From assembly GCF_038025025.1 (NCBI RefSeq), contig NW_027117346.1, positions 1,302,001-1,366,000 of the forward strand: a DNA stretch of 64,000 nucleotides, read 5' to 3'. The notes under the pieces were generated by a model. It was given only the letters and a program-made list of their open reading frames with translations. It ran no database searches and was not told the DNA's origin. Position 1 is the first letter of the stretch, and each line of letters opens with the position of its first letter. A program made the translations under genes and the position numbers. Positions 23,384 through 35,735 of the stretch are shown here, one piece after another. The stretch is from Phyllosticta citribraziliensis (taxonomy: Eukaryota).

Positions 23384-24611
23384 ATGCTGCCAATGCTTGT
23401 ATGTGGTGACTGTGTGAGGAGTGTGATGATGAGGGGAGAGTGGAAAGAGAGTGTGGAGCTGTATGAATGAAGTCTATTTCTAAGCTGCCGTGTTTTCATT
23501 GACAGAGGTGATGTTGAAATTGATGATTGTTGCTTTTGAACCCTGACGCGATCAATCCTTCCACTAACAGGCAGCCTCAATAGCCAGTACATCTTTTCCC
23601 CCTCTCGCGTGTCAGACGAAATGTCAACTTCTTGGATGCAGCAAACGGGAGGAGTAAATGCAGGCACGATTCTGCAAGGCACCAGCATTTCTTTGGACAT
23701 TGTGCAGTAATCAATAATGAATTTCTTTCTCTCTCTACGGTACAACTCAAGCAGACTTTTAACCCACACCCGGCCCCGACCGAAGCAAGGAGCTTCTTCA
23801 TCGTCCACCGTCATATGCACATCGAGCAGATGCAAACAAGTGCAAAGCAAACAAAAGGTCAAAACAATGGAACGAGACCAAGTAGAACCGAAAGTACCTA
23901 CACACGCAGGAAAAGCCGAGCAACCAGCCCACGGGGAGCATGAAGCAGCACGGCCAATCCGAGTAGACGCCAGCAAGACCCCAGGCCCACATTGCTGCCA
24001 TTCCTCTAATGGAAACGCATCCTTCCTGCCTTTCCTAGCTACAGGTACCTGACCGCCCGCCTGACGAGCCTCTCAATCAGTCCCTGCCCCTGCCCCTCTC
24101 ATAGCTAATGTCCAAACTCCACAAAGAATCAAAGAAGCCGCTCCGTCGCTTCGGCTGCTCCTCTGCTGGCGCCTGTCCCTGCACCGGCGCATCCGCACCT
24201 CGCCCTTGCGTGCTCTTGCCAACAGCGTCGCTGCTGGCACTGGCGCTTCTCCTGTCAGCTCGTTCGCTGCGGAGACGGTGCGGGACGCTGGATGCGGTGG
24301 GGACAGACGACGAGGCCGAAGCCAAGGCCTGCTGGGCGCGGCTGGGTGTAGGTGTTGCTGCCGCGGATGACGATGGCGGCGGGGGCTGAGATAGTGTAGG
24401 CGTGGAGAGCGTTGACGATGTAACGATTGGCGATGAGGCAAAGTCGGTCTGCATTAGAAATTAAGTCAGTACTGTTGTATTATGCAACGCAACCATGATC
24501 GGCCGCCAGTCTGCCAGTCTACTCGTCGTCCGTTGCCCCCTTGTCGGTGTCAAGAGCTGCGGGACAAACGAAAATCAAGAAATGGGCAGACTACATGTTT
24601 GCGGCGGGTCG

Positions 24612-27600
24612 TCACGGCCCCAGGAGCTGATCTGTCCTGACCTGTTCGATGGCAGCGTCGCCATTGTCTTCTCCGCCATTGGCATCGCCAACATGCGTCT
24701 GGTTGCCAGGACCAGCCGTCGAACTACTGCTGCTTCCTGCCGTCGTCACGTCGTTGCTCGATCCGCCGTTGGTAATTTCGGGTCCGCTGGCCATGGCCGT
24801 CGCTGTCGTTGTCGCGGTAGTGCCATTGCGAGCTGCTGTCGTGGTTGCGGCCGGGACGCTGCGCTTGCTGGTGCCGCTGCTGCGTCGTGAATCCAGGCTC
24901 TTGTTCAGCGTCTTGCTGGCATCGTTTCCAATCAAGCCCTTCTTCATGCGGATACTACCGCGGGCGTCGATTTTGGTACTGTCCACTGTGACTTTGCCCA
25001 ACCCGGGCGTCAGCGGTGCGCCTACTTTTTCCTCAGCTGCTTCGACCAGATGCCAGCGGAGACCATCCGAAAGTTCAAAGGGATTGTCGTCTTCAAAGGA
25101 GATACCAGAACGCTCCGAAGTGATGCTCCGACGATCGCTATTGATGCCACGTGTGCCATCCATAGTCTTCGAAAGGTCCACGACACGCTCTTCCACCTTG
25201 GTGATACGGGCCACAAGCCATTCCTTATTATGAAGGCGATGGCTCTCTTGTTCATGGAGAAAATAGTGAGGTGCACCGACGTTGAAAGCAGCCCAAGGTC
25301 TTGTAGCCTGGTTCCTGGTAGGTAAGAACAAGGCAAGGTCGCCCTCCTTGAAGCCGCGAATCGCTATCTTTTCGTGAGCCTCCGACTGGTAGCGATGTGA
25401 CTTGTCGCGATACGTTCGCGCTTCGCGCTGCCACTTGCGGGCGGTGTGCTCCATGTCGCGCATTCGCTTGGTGATGGTGTCGCTAAACAACTCGACGTCG
25501 AAACGCGAAAGGGCCTCGAGGAACGAGGCATATCCAGCAGAGTCATCTGCGCCATCTTGCTGGGTCCATTTGAGCAGAGACTCAATCTCCCCCTCGTCAA
25601 CAAGCTTCTTGCTCATCAGGCTGTTTGACTGGCTGCGAGCCATCGCCACTGATCCGTCAGGCAGGACGGTGCTGATACTGGCCATCTTGGATGCCCGATG
25701 AATCACCATGTGATTGTCTTGATGCGTTACGACGAAACCAAGATTTTCGAGCAGTCTGTGGAGGCGGTCGTTGTTGGCAAGGAGCTTCTCGGAAAGCTCG
25801 CGCGTTCGCTTTGCATGTAGCTCTGACAGAGAAGCACCGTTCGTGGAACTGGCTTGTAGCGAGTTGTGTTTGTCCTGGAGCTCATCCAGAGACTTCTGCA
25901 GGCTCTCAACATGAGCCTTCGCCTCGGCGAGCTCCAGGGAAAGCCGTTCGACCTTTGATTCTTCTTCTGAGACGCGTTGACGCAGCGTCTCGGCTCCAGC
26001 CTCACCCTCGGCGAACTTGGCTCGAAGATCTTCGAGATGACCACGCTCGTCTTTGAGGTCATTAGCAAGTGCCAGAGCCCGTGCACTCTCGGCGGCGAGT
26101 TCGTTGCTCTTCTTGAAAATATCTGCCTCGCGAGACTTGATGTCAGCCTCCAATTCGTTCCGCTGCTTCGCAGCAGCGGACGTCAGAGCATCATTCTCCG
26201 CCCTCGCTTTTTCCACGGCTTCGGCCAGCTCGCGGGCATATTCTTTTGAACGTAAAGCCACCTTCTCGAGCTCAGCTGCCAGCAAGGCGCTGCTGTCCGG
26301 AAGAGGGTCGTCCTTGGAGAGCGAAGTGAAGGCATTCACCAGAGTGGTGTGTCTTTCAGCGCTAGCCGCCTCACGCTCCTGTATGGCTTGCTGAAGCTCT
26401 TGGAGTTCGATTGTTGCCTTTTCAGCGCGCTGCTTCTCGCTTTCCAGCTCGCCGGCCACCTCCTTTCTCAGCTGCTCCATGTCCGCCTCTATTGATTGCG
26501 TTCTGGTTTCGTGTTCGACCCGTTCATTGTCTCTGCTGCCGAGGTTCCTATCAAGTTCCTCCTCCAGCTCTTCGTTTCGGTATTTCAACCTCCTCATTTC
26601 TGCCTCGAGTGATCGTCGCTCCTCGGCCCAGTCCTTTTGCATCGACTCCATATTTTCCATGAGATCTTTGTTGGTGGAAGTGCGCTCATCTACATGCCGC
26701 TGGAGGTCGTCGTGGCGGGCCGAGTGCTCCTTTTCGAGGCCCATCCTGGCATCTCTTTCCGTCGCAAGTTCGGCCTCTAGTTGAGCGATGCGCTTCACCA
26801 GCGCCTTCTCATCTGCAGTCCGGGTGGCCGAATAACGGCGTGACGATACTGAAGAATGACGTGAAAGATTCTCTTGTGGCCTTGGCGAAGACGCAGTTGG
26901 ATACGGCTCCATCGTTGGAGTATCGGGGGTTTGCGACGACGGCGGCGGTGCACCTCCGCTGGCAATGGAGAGGCGGCTGATGGTACTTTGACGGTGAAGC
27001 AGATCCTCGAGCTTTCGGACTCTGCTCTTTGAGCCCTTAAGTTCCTCCTCCATCTTGGCCATGGTCTCTCTTAACACCCGAGTTTCATTTTCCCCGCGCA
27101 TCAAAAGAGAGCCCTTACCCAAAGTCGCTTCGTGAATGCTTCCCGTCTTGAAGCCCTTGGCGTGCTTGATCTGCTGCCGGGTGGGTCGGTCGAGATCCTT
27201 GAAGAGTTGGACTAGCGGTTCCACAATCTGCTCAAATCCACCAATGCTCCCAATCAAGCTGAGGTAGTCTTGAAATTCTTGCCGTGTAACCATGGGCCAT
27301 CCAACATCTTGACCGCGCACGTTGATGTCGATCCCGAGGGCACTGTCGTGCGCGGCGTCGACATTGATGACGTCCGAATTATTCTTTAGCCAGCGCTTTC
27401 TTCTGCGATCTTCTTCTTCCCTGTAACCAGCAATCTCCTCCACCAAAGTCGATGAATCTTTCCGCAGCCTCTCAGCCCACTCGTGTCTTCTCACACCCTC
27501 AATGAGGAGAACCCCATAGATATATGGAACCTTGGAAATGATGGACAACGCTTCCAGCGCTTCTTGGCTTTCAGGAGCAATGTCGATTGATGACAGAGAC

Positions 27601-28799
27601 TGATTTGCGGACGCGAGAGTAGATTCAATGGTAGCAATCGTCTGCATATGCTCGATAGCCCGACGGACAGCGTGGTTCTTTTGCTCAACAGCACGACGCT
27701 CGCATTCGCTAATCTCCTTGGCAACCTCTGCAAGGTTGGGCAGATAGCTGCGCGTATGTAGCAAGGCCATTTTGGAAACCTGGGTGGTTGACTTGGGGCT
27801 TGCAGGCAGACCAAGCACGTGCTCATAATCGGAAGCCACCTTCTTGACAATTACATCGACCTCCTCCATGAGGCGCTGGGGTTCTTCCCTGTACGAGTAT
27901 TGTGACCGCGACTGGCTTTGATCGATTGCTTCCTGGAATTGGTTGTAGTCCCCTCTAATCCTGTCAATCTGGTTGTCCATGTCTGTGATCTTGGCTCCCA
28001 ACTCTTCCAACACGGTGTTGCTAAGTGAAGCGGCGCGTCGCGCTCTCTCAGCATTCGCAAATGTATCCAGAGTGGTGCGAGCATCACCTTTCCGCATCTT
28101 CTTCGGCGTGTCGTCATTGGTCGCCAAAAAGCGCTTGAATGGCTCGCGCGCGGGAATGGCCTTGAGCTTCACCAAATCTGCCTCCCAGGACTTGAGGCAT
28201 TCCTCCTGCTCTTTCGCTACTGCCTCAAACCAGGCACGCGCCTCCGCTTGCTTTTGTTCTAGACTTTGAATATGCGCCTCATGATTGCTGGCTGCGACGC
28301 GCACTCCACGCTCGACTACTGCTAGTTCCTCGATGTACAGTGTGGCGCTTTGTGCGATCCCGCGACAGAGGCCCTGGAGGTTCAGCGCCCAGTCGCGGCG
28401 CGCTCTGTACAGATCCTGCCATGACGACAGAACGTTGGGATTCTCTAACGTGTCGGGCGGATTCGCTGGGACGAAGGGTTCTGGCGAGGGAGCGGGGGGG
28501 ACGATTGCATCAACGTCTTGTGGGGCCGGGAGCGCAAAAAGGTCGCGGTCGTATAGGAATATCTCTTTCTAGGTTGCGAGTTAGAAAGCGCGGATTTTAG
28601 GAAAGCGACATGGACATGCCTCTGTGAGAAGGGTTTGGAGTTTGACATGCTTGCCGCGCGGGGTGAGCAGTATCTGGTCCGGGGGCGGGATCTTGGTGGC
28701 ATTGTTGATCCAGCTCTTCAAGGCATCCAGGGAGCTGAAGACGACCGGGGCGGCTTCGAGGCGCTGGCCCGAGTGGGCGACGAAGACTAGCAACGACAT
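24612..28799 (-). CDS. ATG11: Autophagy scaffold Atg11; GC-AG intron 28569-28619
   Basis: Exon 1 MSLLVFVAHSGQRL...DQILLTPRGKHVKLQTLLTE|KEIFLYDR, long coiled coils, and a C-terminal claw domain KIAIRGFKEGDLALFLPTRN..WAAFNVGAPHYFL..NPFELSDGLRW. Confidence 0.93.
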
Positions 28800-29063
28800 G
28801 CGCCTCTCCCGGTAGTTGTCGTGGTCGCGGTGGGCAGCGGTGGCATTCAACAAGCATGGACTTGCGGCCAGGAGGGCCGTCGGGCGGTGATGATAATGGG
28901 AGGTAGGGAAGGGAAGGGTAACGGCGAAGTGAGGTAAGCCGCCCATAAGGCCATGCCACATTTCGTCAAGTGACGGCAGTAGCTGGCGCCACGCGACCAC
29001 TAGCCACACCTCAAACCACCACCATTCCGCCCGAGACAACCAACGACATCGTCACGCGTCGCC

Positions 29064-30038
29064 ATGGACCCCGACGCGCCCTCTCACGCGCAGCTTGTTG
29101 ATCTCGACTCGCTCGACACGCCCGAAAGCGACCACGTCACGCTGACAGCAAAAGAGCAGCTCGTGCTGCGTCTGTGGGACCAACTGCGCGAGCTGGAGTT
29201 GGAACGCGCCCTGCTAAAGGCGGGAAGCAAAGGCAAGTAGTATTCTCTTCCTCATGTCTACCAATAACTTTGTCCTAAGAATTCAAAAAATTGCGCCTCG
29301 TCGAATCACCGTTAACAGTCCACAGAAACACCACCATCCCCCACAGACACTTCACCAGACGCGCTTCTCACCGCCGAGCGTGCCGCCCTCGACTCTCGTG
29401 CAACCTATCTGTTGCGCAACAGAATAACCGACCAAGTTCTCATCACCGACCCCATCCTCAAGGCCGTCCATGCCACTAATAGTGCATCCAACACCGCACC
29501 TAACCTCTTTGCTCCATTCAACTACCGCCTCCTCCCCCTGATTCACACTCGCGATGTTCTTTCCCTCTCACACGCCCAACTCACCACGGACCTTAGCGCG
29601 AGAACCACGACGCTCGCCAACGTCGGCACAGCCGTCACCGCTGCCAACGCGCGCAACAAGGTGCTGGCAGCGACGTTGCTCGAGCTCGCGGCGCGCAAGA
29701 GCAAAAAGAACCGAGGAGCCGATTCAGTGCGCGAGTATCTGGAGGCACTAGAAGGGCCCTCAACAGGCGGCGGAGAAGCACTTGATGATGAGGCGATGCA
29801 AGGAGTCGAATCTGCTTCCGTCATTCCCAATGCGCTCAAGGCAGAACTCGAAGCGGCTGAGCGCGAGATGCGGGAGGCGCAGCGACGATGGCGTGTTATG
29901 AAGGGCGTAGCAGCTGGCGTCGTGGTGGGAAGCGGGGTGGACTGGGCTGAGGACGAGGGGTTGAGGGGCTTAGTAATGGGCGCAGACGACGACGACGAGC
30001 TCGGATTCGAGGGCGATGATGAAGTGATGAAAGAGTAG
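29064..30038 (+). CDS. Centromere protein H (CENP-H) family kinetochore protein; GC-AG intron 29233-29325
   Basis: LTAKEQLVLRLWDQLRELELE, LRNRITDQVLITDPILKAVH, and C-terminal RWRVMKGVAAGVVVGSGVDWAEDEGLRGLV typical of fungal CENP-H. Confidence 0.8.
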
Positions 30039-30552
30039 GGGGCCCAAAGAGCCATCCGAAAGATGGGCGCGCGAGAGCCTGCACTTTGCTTTAGATACCC
30101 CTGTTGTTTTCAATTGTCTCTCGAACGACCTGAGTGTGGGCATGCAAGTGATGCGCAATGTTTTCTATTGGAATCTACACTCTGCTTGTGGTTGGACCTC
30201 ACACGCATGCTCATTTTAGATTTTGTTGTGTTGTTGCCTATGGATGTCTTGCTCTGCCGCACTTGGCGCGGCCGGATTCGGATCTAGCTTTTGGTGGTTG
30301 GAAAATTCAACAATCCACACCAGGTCTTGGATCACCACTTTCGGGCAATTCGCACCTATCAACAGGCAGATTCGATGGACGCGCTCTGTCCATTCGGCAT
30401 TGGAGCGTGGAGTGGTATTGACAATCGTTGGCGCCCGACTCGCGCGGCCGCAAAAGGCCGGCTTGGACATGTCTCCAGCGAACTCGCCGTTCACTGGCCA
30501 TCCATGCGTATTCGGTCGCGTTGATTCAGAGGTCGGGTTGTCGGACTCTTTT

Positions 30553-31527
30553 TCAAGCAGGACCTGGTTCCGACGCCTCGAGCATCTGCCTCCTTTCTAA
30601 CTCTGCCTCCACATCCTCCAGATTCATGGGAACCTTTCTCCTTCCCCACTTGCTCTTCTCTTCTTGGACGAAACCGGCGACACTCATCAGAGCAACAACG
30701 AGAAAGCCCAGCTCTTCTCGATCCGTGTCAAAAACCTCCCACCACTCCTCGCCAGGCAGTTTGACCTGGACCTCGCGCGCGGCCAAGTAAATGGCCGCTG
30801 TTGCAATTTGCGCCGGCTGGTGGGTAAGATAGAGAAGCTGTGGGCTGAGCAAGGCAGTGTTGAGATGCGCAAACGCACGCCTAGCGAGGTTCTGCCCAGC
30901 GGGAATATCCAGTTTGATGCCGAGCGCTTGGAGGTAGTTGATGCACAGGGTGTAGGGCAGTGCGATGTGAGTGTCAAATCCAAGCACGCGCAGAATGTGG
31001 GCTTCTGTCCTCATGAGTAGAGAACGGAGCGCATGATAGGTTCCTTCTGAGACGTAGTGGGATTCTGCGTCTGTCGACTCCTGGAATTTTGAAGATTCGA
31101 CAAAGGTGGAAGGGAACGAGTCCAGATAGACGTAGACATTGATCACGTTCCTTGGACTTTTTGGAAAAGCAGAGAGCTTGGATACCATGTACAGGCAAGC
31201 GGCAGAGACGTCCTGGCATGGCATTAATTCAAGTCCAACCATTGAATCACGTGGAGTTTGAGGGGCGCAGGTAACCTTTGCCCCGTATTCCAAAAGACTT
31301 TCCCCCTCAGCGCCGATCCAGAACCGCATAAAGACGACAATGGCCTGAGCGATGACATCTTGCGGCAAGCGAAGCAGCACACCGGCCAGCTGGGTCAGAC
31401 GGGCGCCTGCGAAGCGAATCGAGTCTTCGAGGTCGGCAGGAACGCCATCCAGTTGAGATCCTGATTGAGCAAGCTGTGCGGGAGAAGCGAGGGGGTTTGA
31501 GAGTTGCGAGGTTTGAGCAGGCGCCAT
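30553..31527 (-). CDS. Cyclin L-type transcriptional/splicing cyclin; 63-nt in-frame intron 31213-31275
   Basis: NPLAS..SQLDGVPADLE..RFAGARLTQLAGVLLRLPQ..AQAIVVFMRF, EAHILRVLGF, IATAAIYLAAR..KLP..WWEVFD. Confidence 0.85.
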   Translation of the reverse strand: MAPAQTSQLSNPLASPAQLAQSGSQLDGVPADLEDSIRFAGARLTQLAGVLLRLPQDVIAQAIVVFMRFWIGAEGESLLEYGAKVTCAPQTPRDSMVGLELMPCQDVSAACLYMVSKLSAFPKSPRNVINVYVYLDSFPSTFVESSKFQESTDAESHYVSEGTYHALRSLLMRTEAHILRVLGFDTHIALPYTLCINYLQALGIKLDIPAGQNLARRAFAHLNTALLSPQLLYLTHQPAQIATAAIYLAAREVQVKLPGEEWWEVFDTDREELGFLVVALMSVAGFVQEEKSKWGRRKVPMNLEDVEAELERRQMLEASEPGPA

Positions 31528-32483
31528 GGCTGCGGCGGGCAATATCTGGAGTTGAAGATGATTGATCGGGATGCCGTCCGGCAGCGAGCCGACCTGGACC
31601 TGAGCGCCGCAATGGATCGCGTCCGGCGGAACGTCGGTCCGTCGAAATTAGCGCCGACGGCCCCGGGCCCCTTTCAAGGAAGACATAGGTCGTTTACTTG
31701 GACGTCTGTCGACTCTGATGCTTTTCTGCTCCATACCAAGTCTCGACCTCGTCATCATTTGGAACCTAGAGGAGCATAATCTCGCCTACAATCTACAATT
31801 GATTGCACTTTTCCTCCATCTCTGTCTTTTTTTCCTTCTGTCAAAATTTTTCCAGCCACTTTGGCGCACACTGAAAGCCTGCACTAACGTCAAACAGCAA
31901 GACTTTGGGCCCAGCACCATCATCCTCATCTCGTCATCTGCGGCAGCTCGACCCCGTGCGCAGCGCCGCGGCCAGACGGGTCCAGAAGTTGTAGTAAACA
32001 TGAGACAAGCATTGGCGAGGCACGCCCCCTTGACGTCTCTTAGCGAGCCTACTTTGCGACAACATGCGCACGGAGACGGCTAGGAGCCAGGCACAGCGTC
32101 TTGAGCACCTCCAGCCTCACCCTTCCAGCATACAGCCGCCCAATCAATGAAACGTCTGCTGGTATCCGCAGTCTTTTGCGGCCTGCCCGCCGCCGGTCGA
32201 GCTTCCCCATCCAGCACTTCTCCAGGAGAGCGTGCACAAAGCTCCCTCGAGGTAGGTATATTTGACCTTGGATCCGCCTCGCAAGGCTGTTTTCCTTTCG
32301 TTCTCTACACCAAGGCGTGCCATCCATATCTCCTCTTACCTTCTCTCGCTCTTTCCGGTCTGTGACCACTCTTCTCTCTCTACACCTACATTCTTTTCCT
32401 CTGGTACAGGTACCAGCAGTCGTGAAACCTCGTCAGCTTGACGCTACACTCATTCCAACAACCAAGAAGACCAATTCGCCAAA

Positions 32484-33203
32484 ATGAAGTCGTCCTTCGT
32501 CGTCCTCCCGGCTCTTGCCTCCGCCGTCTACGGCCACGGTTTCGTCACCACTCCCCAGGCCCGCATGCCCGGTACGGCCATGTCCTCTGCCTGCGGTGAG
32601 CAGGTCTACAACAACCAAAAGTCGGACAACTACGGCAACGTCCAGGGCGAGCTCCAGGTCGCCTCGTCGCAGAGCGACTACAAGGCCGCCGAATGCAACA
32701 TTTGGCTCTGCAAGGGCTACAAGTTTGCCGACAACAAGGACAACGTCCAGGCGTACACCGCCGGCCAGAAGGTGTCGATGGTCGTCGACGTCCGCGCTCC
32801 CCACACCGGTGTTGCCAACGTCTCGATTGTCGACACGGCCAGCAACTCGGTCATCGGCAGCGCGCTCAAGAGCTGGGACGTCTACGCCTCGACCGCGACG
32901 GGCGTCACCGACGACGACAAGAACTTCGACATCACCATCCCCAGCGACATCGGCTCCAAGTGCAGCACCGCCGGCGACTGCGTCATCCAGTGGTACTGGT
33001 ACGCCGAGTCCATTGACCAGACCTACGAGTCGTGCGTCGACTTCACCGTCTCGGGCTCTGGATCTGGATCCACGACCAGCTCGAGCGCTACCTCCGGCAC
33101 TTCGGCCAGCGCTGCCGCTGCCAACGTCGTCAGCACCCCTTCGGCCTCCAAGAAGGCTTGCTCCAAGAAGGCCAAGCGCCACGCCCGCGACTTCATGGCC
33201 TAA
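32484..33203 (+). CDS. Secreted copper LPMO-family protein, CAZy AA16-like
   Basis: Signal peptide followed by mature N-terminal His (HGFVTTPQARMPG), CNIWLCKG, RAPHTGVANVS (second His), CVIQWYW, QTYESCVDF, then a Ser/Thr linker and a KRHARDF tail. Confidence 0.88.
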   Translation: MKSSFVVLPALASAVYGHGFVTTPQARMPGTAMSSACGEQVYNNQKSDNYGNVQGELQVASSQSDYKAAECNIWLCKGYKFADNKDNVQAYTAGQKVSMVVDVRAPHTGVANVSIVDTASNSVIGSALKSWDVYASTATGVTDDDKNFDITIPSDIGSKCSTAGDCVIQWYWYAESIDQTYESCVDFTVSGSGSGSTTSSSATSGTSASAAAANVVSTPSASKKACSKKAKRHARDFMA

Positions 33204-34313
33204 GCGCCTCGCTCGCAGCAAGCACGTGTCTACGGCGTACCTGACACGCCGCCGCAAGGCTAGAAACACAACACGTGTGGGGGAACTGTACGCATGGATT
33301 GGAGATCATTTTTGCGCGGATTTTATTCAGAAGAAAGCGGCAGATATGGATTGGATGCTACAACGCCTTTTCTTGCAGTCCGATTGATCGAGATTTGAAA
33401 CCCCTTCAATGTGAATATTAACTACTGCAATATTTGGTATATACATTCCTACCTACCTCGCTTGACGGCATTTATGCCATTTGCCAATTGTTTCAGTGCC
33501 GTGACTTCAGGGACCGTCAGAAATCCTTAGCTTCCAACGCCTCCATGTGCATTTCAAGACCGCTCCTTTGCTGCCGTTCCCGTCCATCCTCCTGGACTCC
33601 CTTTCCCGCCGCCTCTTCCGCGTACCCGCGCCACCCACCCACTATTTACCCCGTTTCCCTCACAAGCCCCACTTGCACAGCATATAGCCCCACGACCCAT
33701 CAGGCACGCGCCTAACTTGTCTCAAACCGCCCCCGCAAAAAGCACATCCAGCAGGCTTAACCAGATGGAGTTAAGCGACTGGCTATCTTCAAAGGGGAAG
33801 GGGATGGTCGGACCTCCGGGTCAATGGATCGCCCGTGGCCAAGAAAGCTTAAGGTTGTTGGCCCGGCCCGGGACGGCGGTAAGGTGCCCTGCCATGCCTC
33901 TTCAGGGCAGCGCATTGAAGGAGGTTGGAATAGAGCGATTTGGAGGAGGTTCGCAGTGAGTTGATGGGTAGTTCAGCAGGGGAAAGAGGGCGCGTGGTTT
34001 AGGGCGCTTATTCATTGAAGAAGTGGTTTAGACTTCGTGCTGCGCAAGAATTTTGTGCCATTGTAGAGGTGGGAGAAGGCAAAAGTACAGTAATATTGGC
34101 CAGAGTACTGAAAGGTGGGTCAAGCGAGGGGGCTAAAGTAGATGTCCAAAAGAATCCAATTCAAAAACAATATTCTCACCGCGAACACATCGGGTGCTTG
34201 TGGTTGGGTATCAAGTCTGTCTCCTTTCCACTTCCATCTCCTGTCGAATCGTACAAGCGTCCTTCCCCAGTCTTCATGGACTCATTACAAGCAACAGCGA
34301 TCCGCTCATTGCA

Positions 34314-35384
34314 TCAACTCTCCTCGCCCACGACTTTGGCGTGTCGAAAATACTTCATGCCAACCCAGGCAACGACGACCCACACCCACGCCATGACGGC
34401 TGTGAGCACCATCAGGGCCGGGTAGTATCCGACGATTGGGAGAGTTGGGTCGTCTTCCAGCTCAGGTGGTGCGTACGGTGTCTCGCCCACGTCCCACGCC
34501 CAGCTCCAGACGCCCATGCAGCTGCCCATGCCGACGACGAATACGACCCACGTCACAATGACGACGACCCAGCCCCACCACTCTGTCTCGCTGTAGTCCC
34601 ACTCGTCAATGTCCAGCGTCGCGGGTGGCAGCGCAAGCGGAGACGAGTGGCGCGTGGCCGGCGTGATTGTCTTTGTGGAGCGACGCCGTTGGACGGAGCT
34701 CGGGGGAAAGTAGCTCGAGGAGAGATGGTTCGGGACGGACGGACGAGAGGGATAGGGTAGCGAGTCGTTGTCGTCGTCAGTGGTGCTGGCGTACGGATTT
34801 GACACGGGCGACGAGATGGGTGAGGCCAGGGCGGGACGCGAGGGTTCGTGTTCTGGTGACATGGTTTTGGAGGGAGCACTCCAGCCACTCTCGGAAGACG
34901 AAGTGGCAGAGGGATTCGAATAGGTAAAGGGCCGCGGTGGGTGGTGCGATTGTTGCTGAGTTTGATGTTGCTGCTGTATTTCCTGCGCAGGCTGTTGGCT
35001 CGAGGCCAGATTATCCTTGAGCGAGGAAGCCATGCGCTGCGAGTCGTTGGAGCGTCGACGGCCGGTGCCGAGGAGCGCAGTCTTTCTCAATGAGCCCTTG
35101 CGACGGCGGCCGGTGGTCTGGCGCACGGCTTGGAGGTGTGCGGACGGAGTGATGCGTTTTGGGGTTGTTCCAGTTCCAGTTGGGGGCGCCTCCTCCGTTC
35201 GGGCCTCGGCGGGGAGAGGGAGGGAGAGAGGCAGGTCCTCACACGAGCTGCGCAGGAACGGCAGCTTGGAGAGGATATTTCCGGACAGCGTGCGTCCATG
35301 ACCGCTCGCGACCTTTCCTCTCTTCAAATGGACATCGAGATTGTCGACGCTGCTGGTGTTTGGCCCTCTGGCGGTCTGCTCCAT
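34314..35384 (-). CDS. Protein with a C-terminal PIG-Y/Eri1-like (GPI-GlcNAc transferase subunit) domain and a long disordered N-terminus; start approximate
   Basis: Two C-terminal transmembrane segments: WWGWVVVIVTWVVFVVGMGS...LPIVGYYPALMVLTAVMAWVWVVVAWVGMKYFRHA. Confidence 0.7.
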   Translation of the reverse strand: MEQTARGPNTSSVDNLDVHLKRGKVASGHGRTLSGNILSKLPFLRSSCEDLPLSLPLPAEARTEEAPPTGTGTTPKRITPSAHLQAVRQTTGRRRKGSLRKTALLGTGRRRSNDSQRMASSLKDNLASSQQPAQEIQQQHQTQQQSHHPPRPFTYSNPSATSSSESGWSAPSKTMSPEHEPSRPALASPISSPVSNPYASTTDDDNDSLPYPSRPSVPNHLSSSYFPPSSVQRRRSTKTITPATRHSSPLALPPATLDIDEWDYSETEWWGWVVVIVTWVVFVVGMGSCMGVWSWAWDVGETPYAPPELEDDPTLPIVGYYPALMVLTAVMAWVWVVVAWVGMKYFRHAKVVGEES

Positions 35385-35735
35385 CTCCCATGTCTTTATC
35401 GCATCGTTATGACACCAATTGGCGGACGGCGGAGCGGGCGACGGGCATCGGGTTGTCACCAAGGCGATGGAAGACGGTGTTGTAGAGAAGAAGAAGAAGA
35501 AGAGCAGCAGTGCAAGGCGTCCTGCGCAGCGGCATCGAATGGAGCCTGAGGTGCGGTCGCCGTGCGACTCATGAGGCGACAGGGATCTCGACCGCGTGCT
35601 ATCGCTCTGTGGCTCCTCCGCGCTTCGCCCTCCGCGTCTCCTCCACCATCTCCCGCCGTCTTGGTTCTCGCAGGAGCTGTCTTTGTCCGGCACGGCCAAT
35701 CGCTGCGCGGGATCTCTCTCCTCAGCTCTGTCGCC

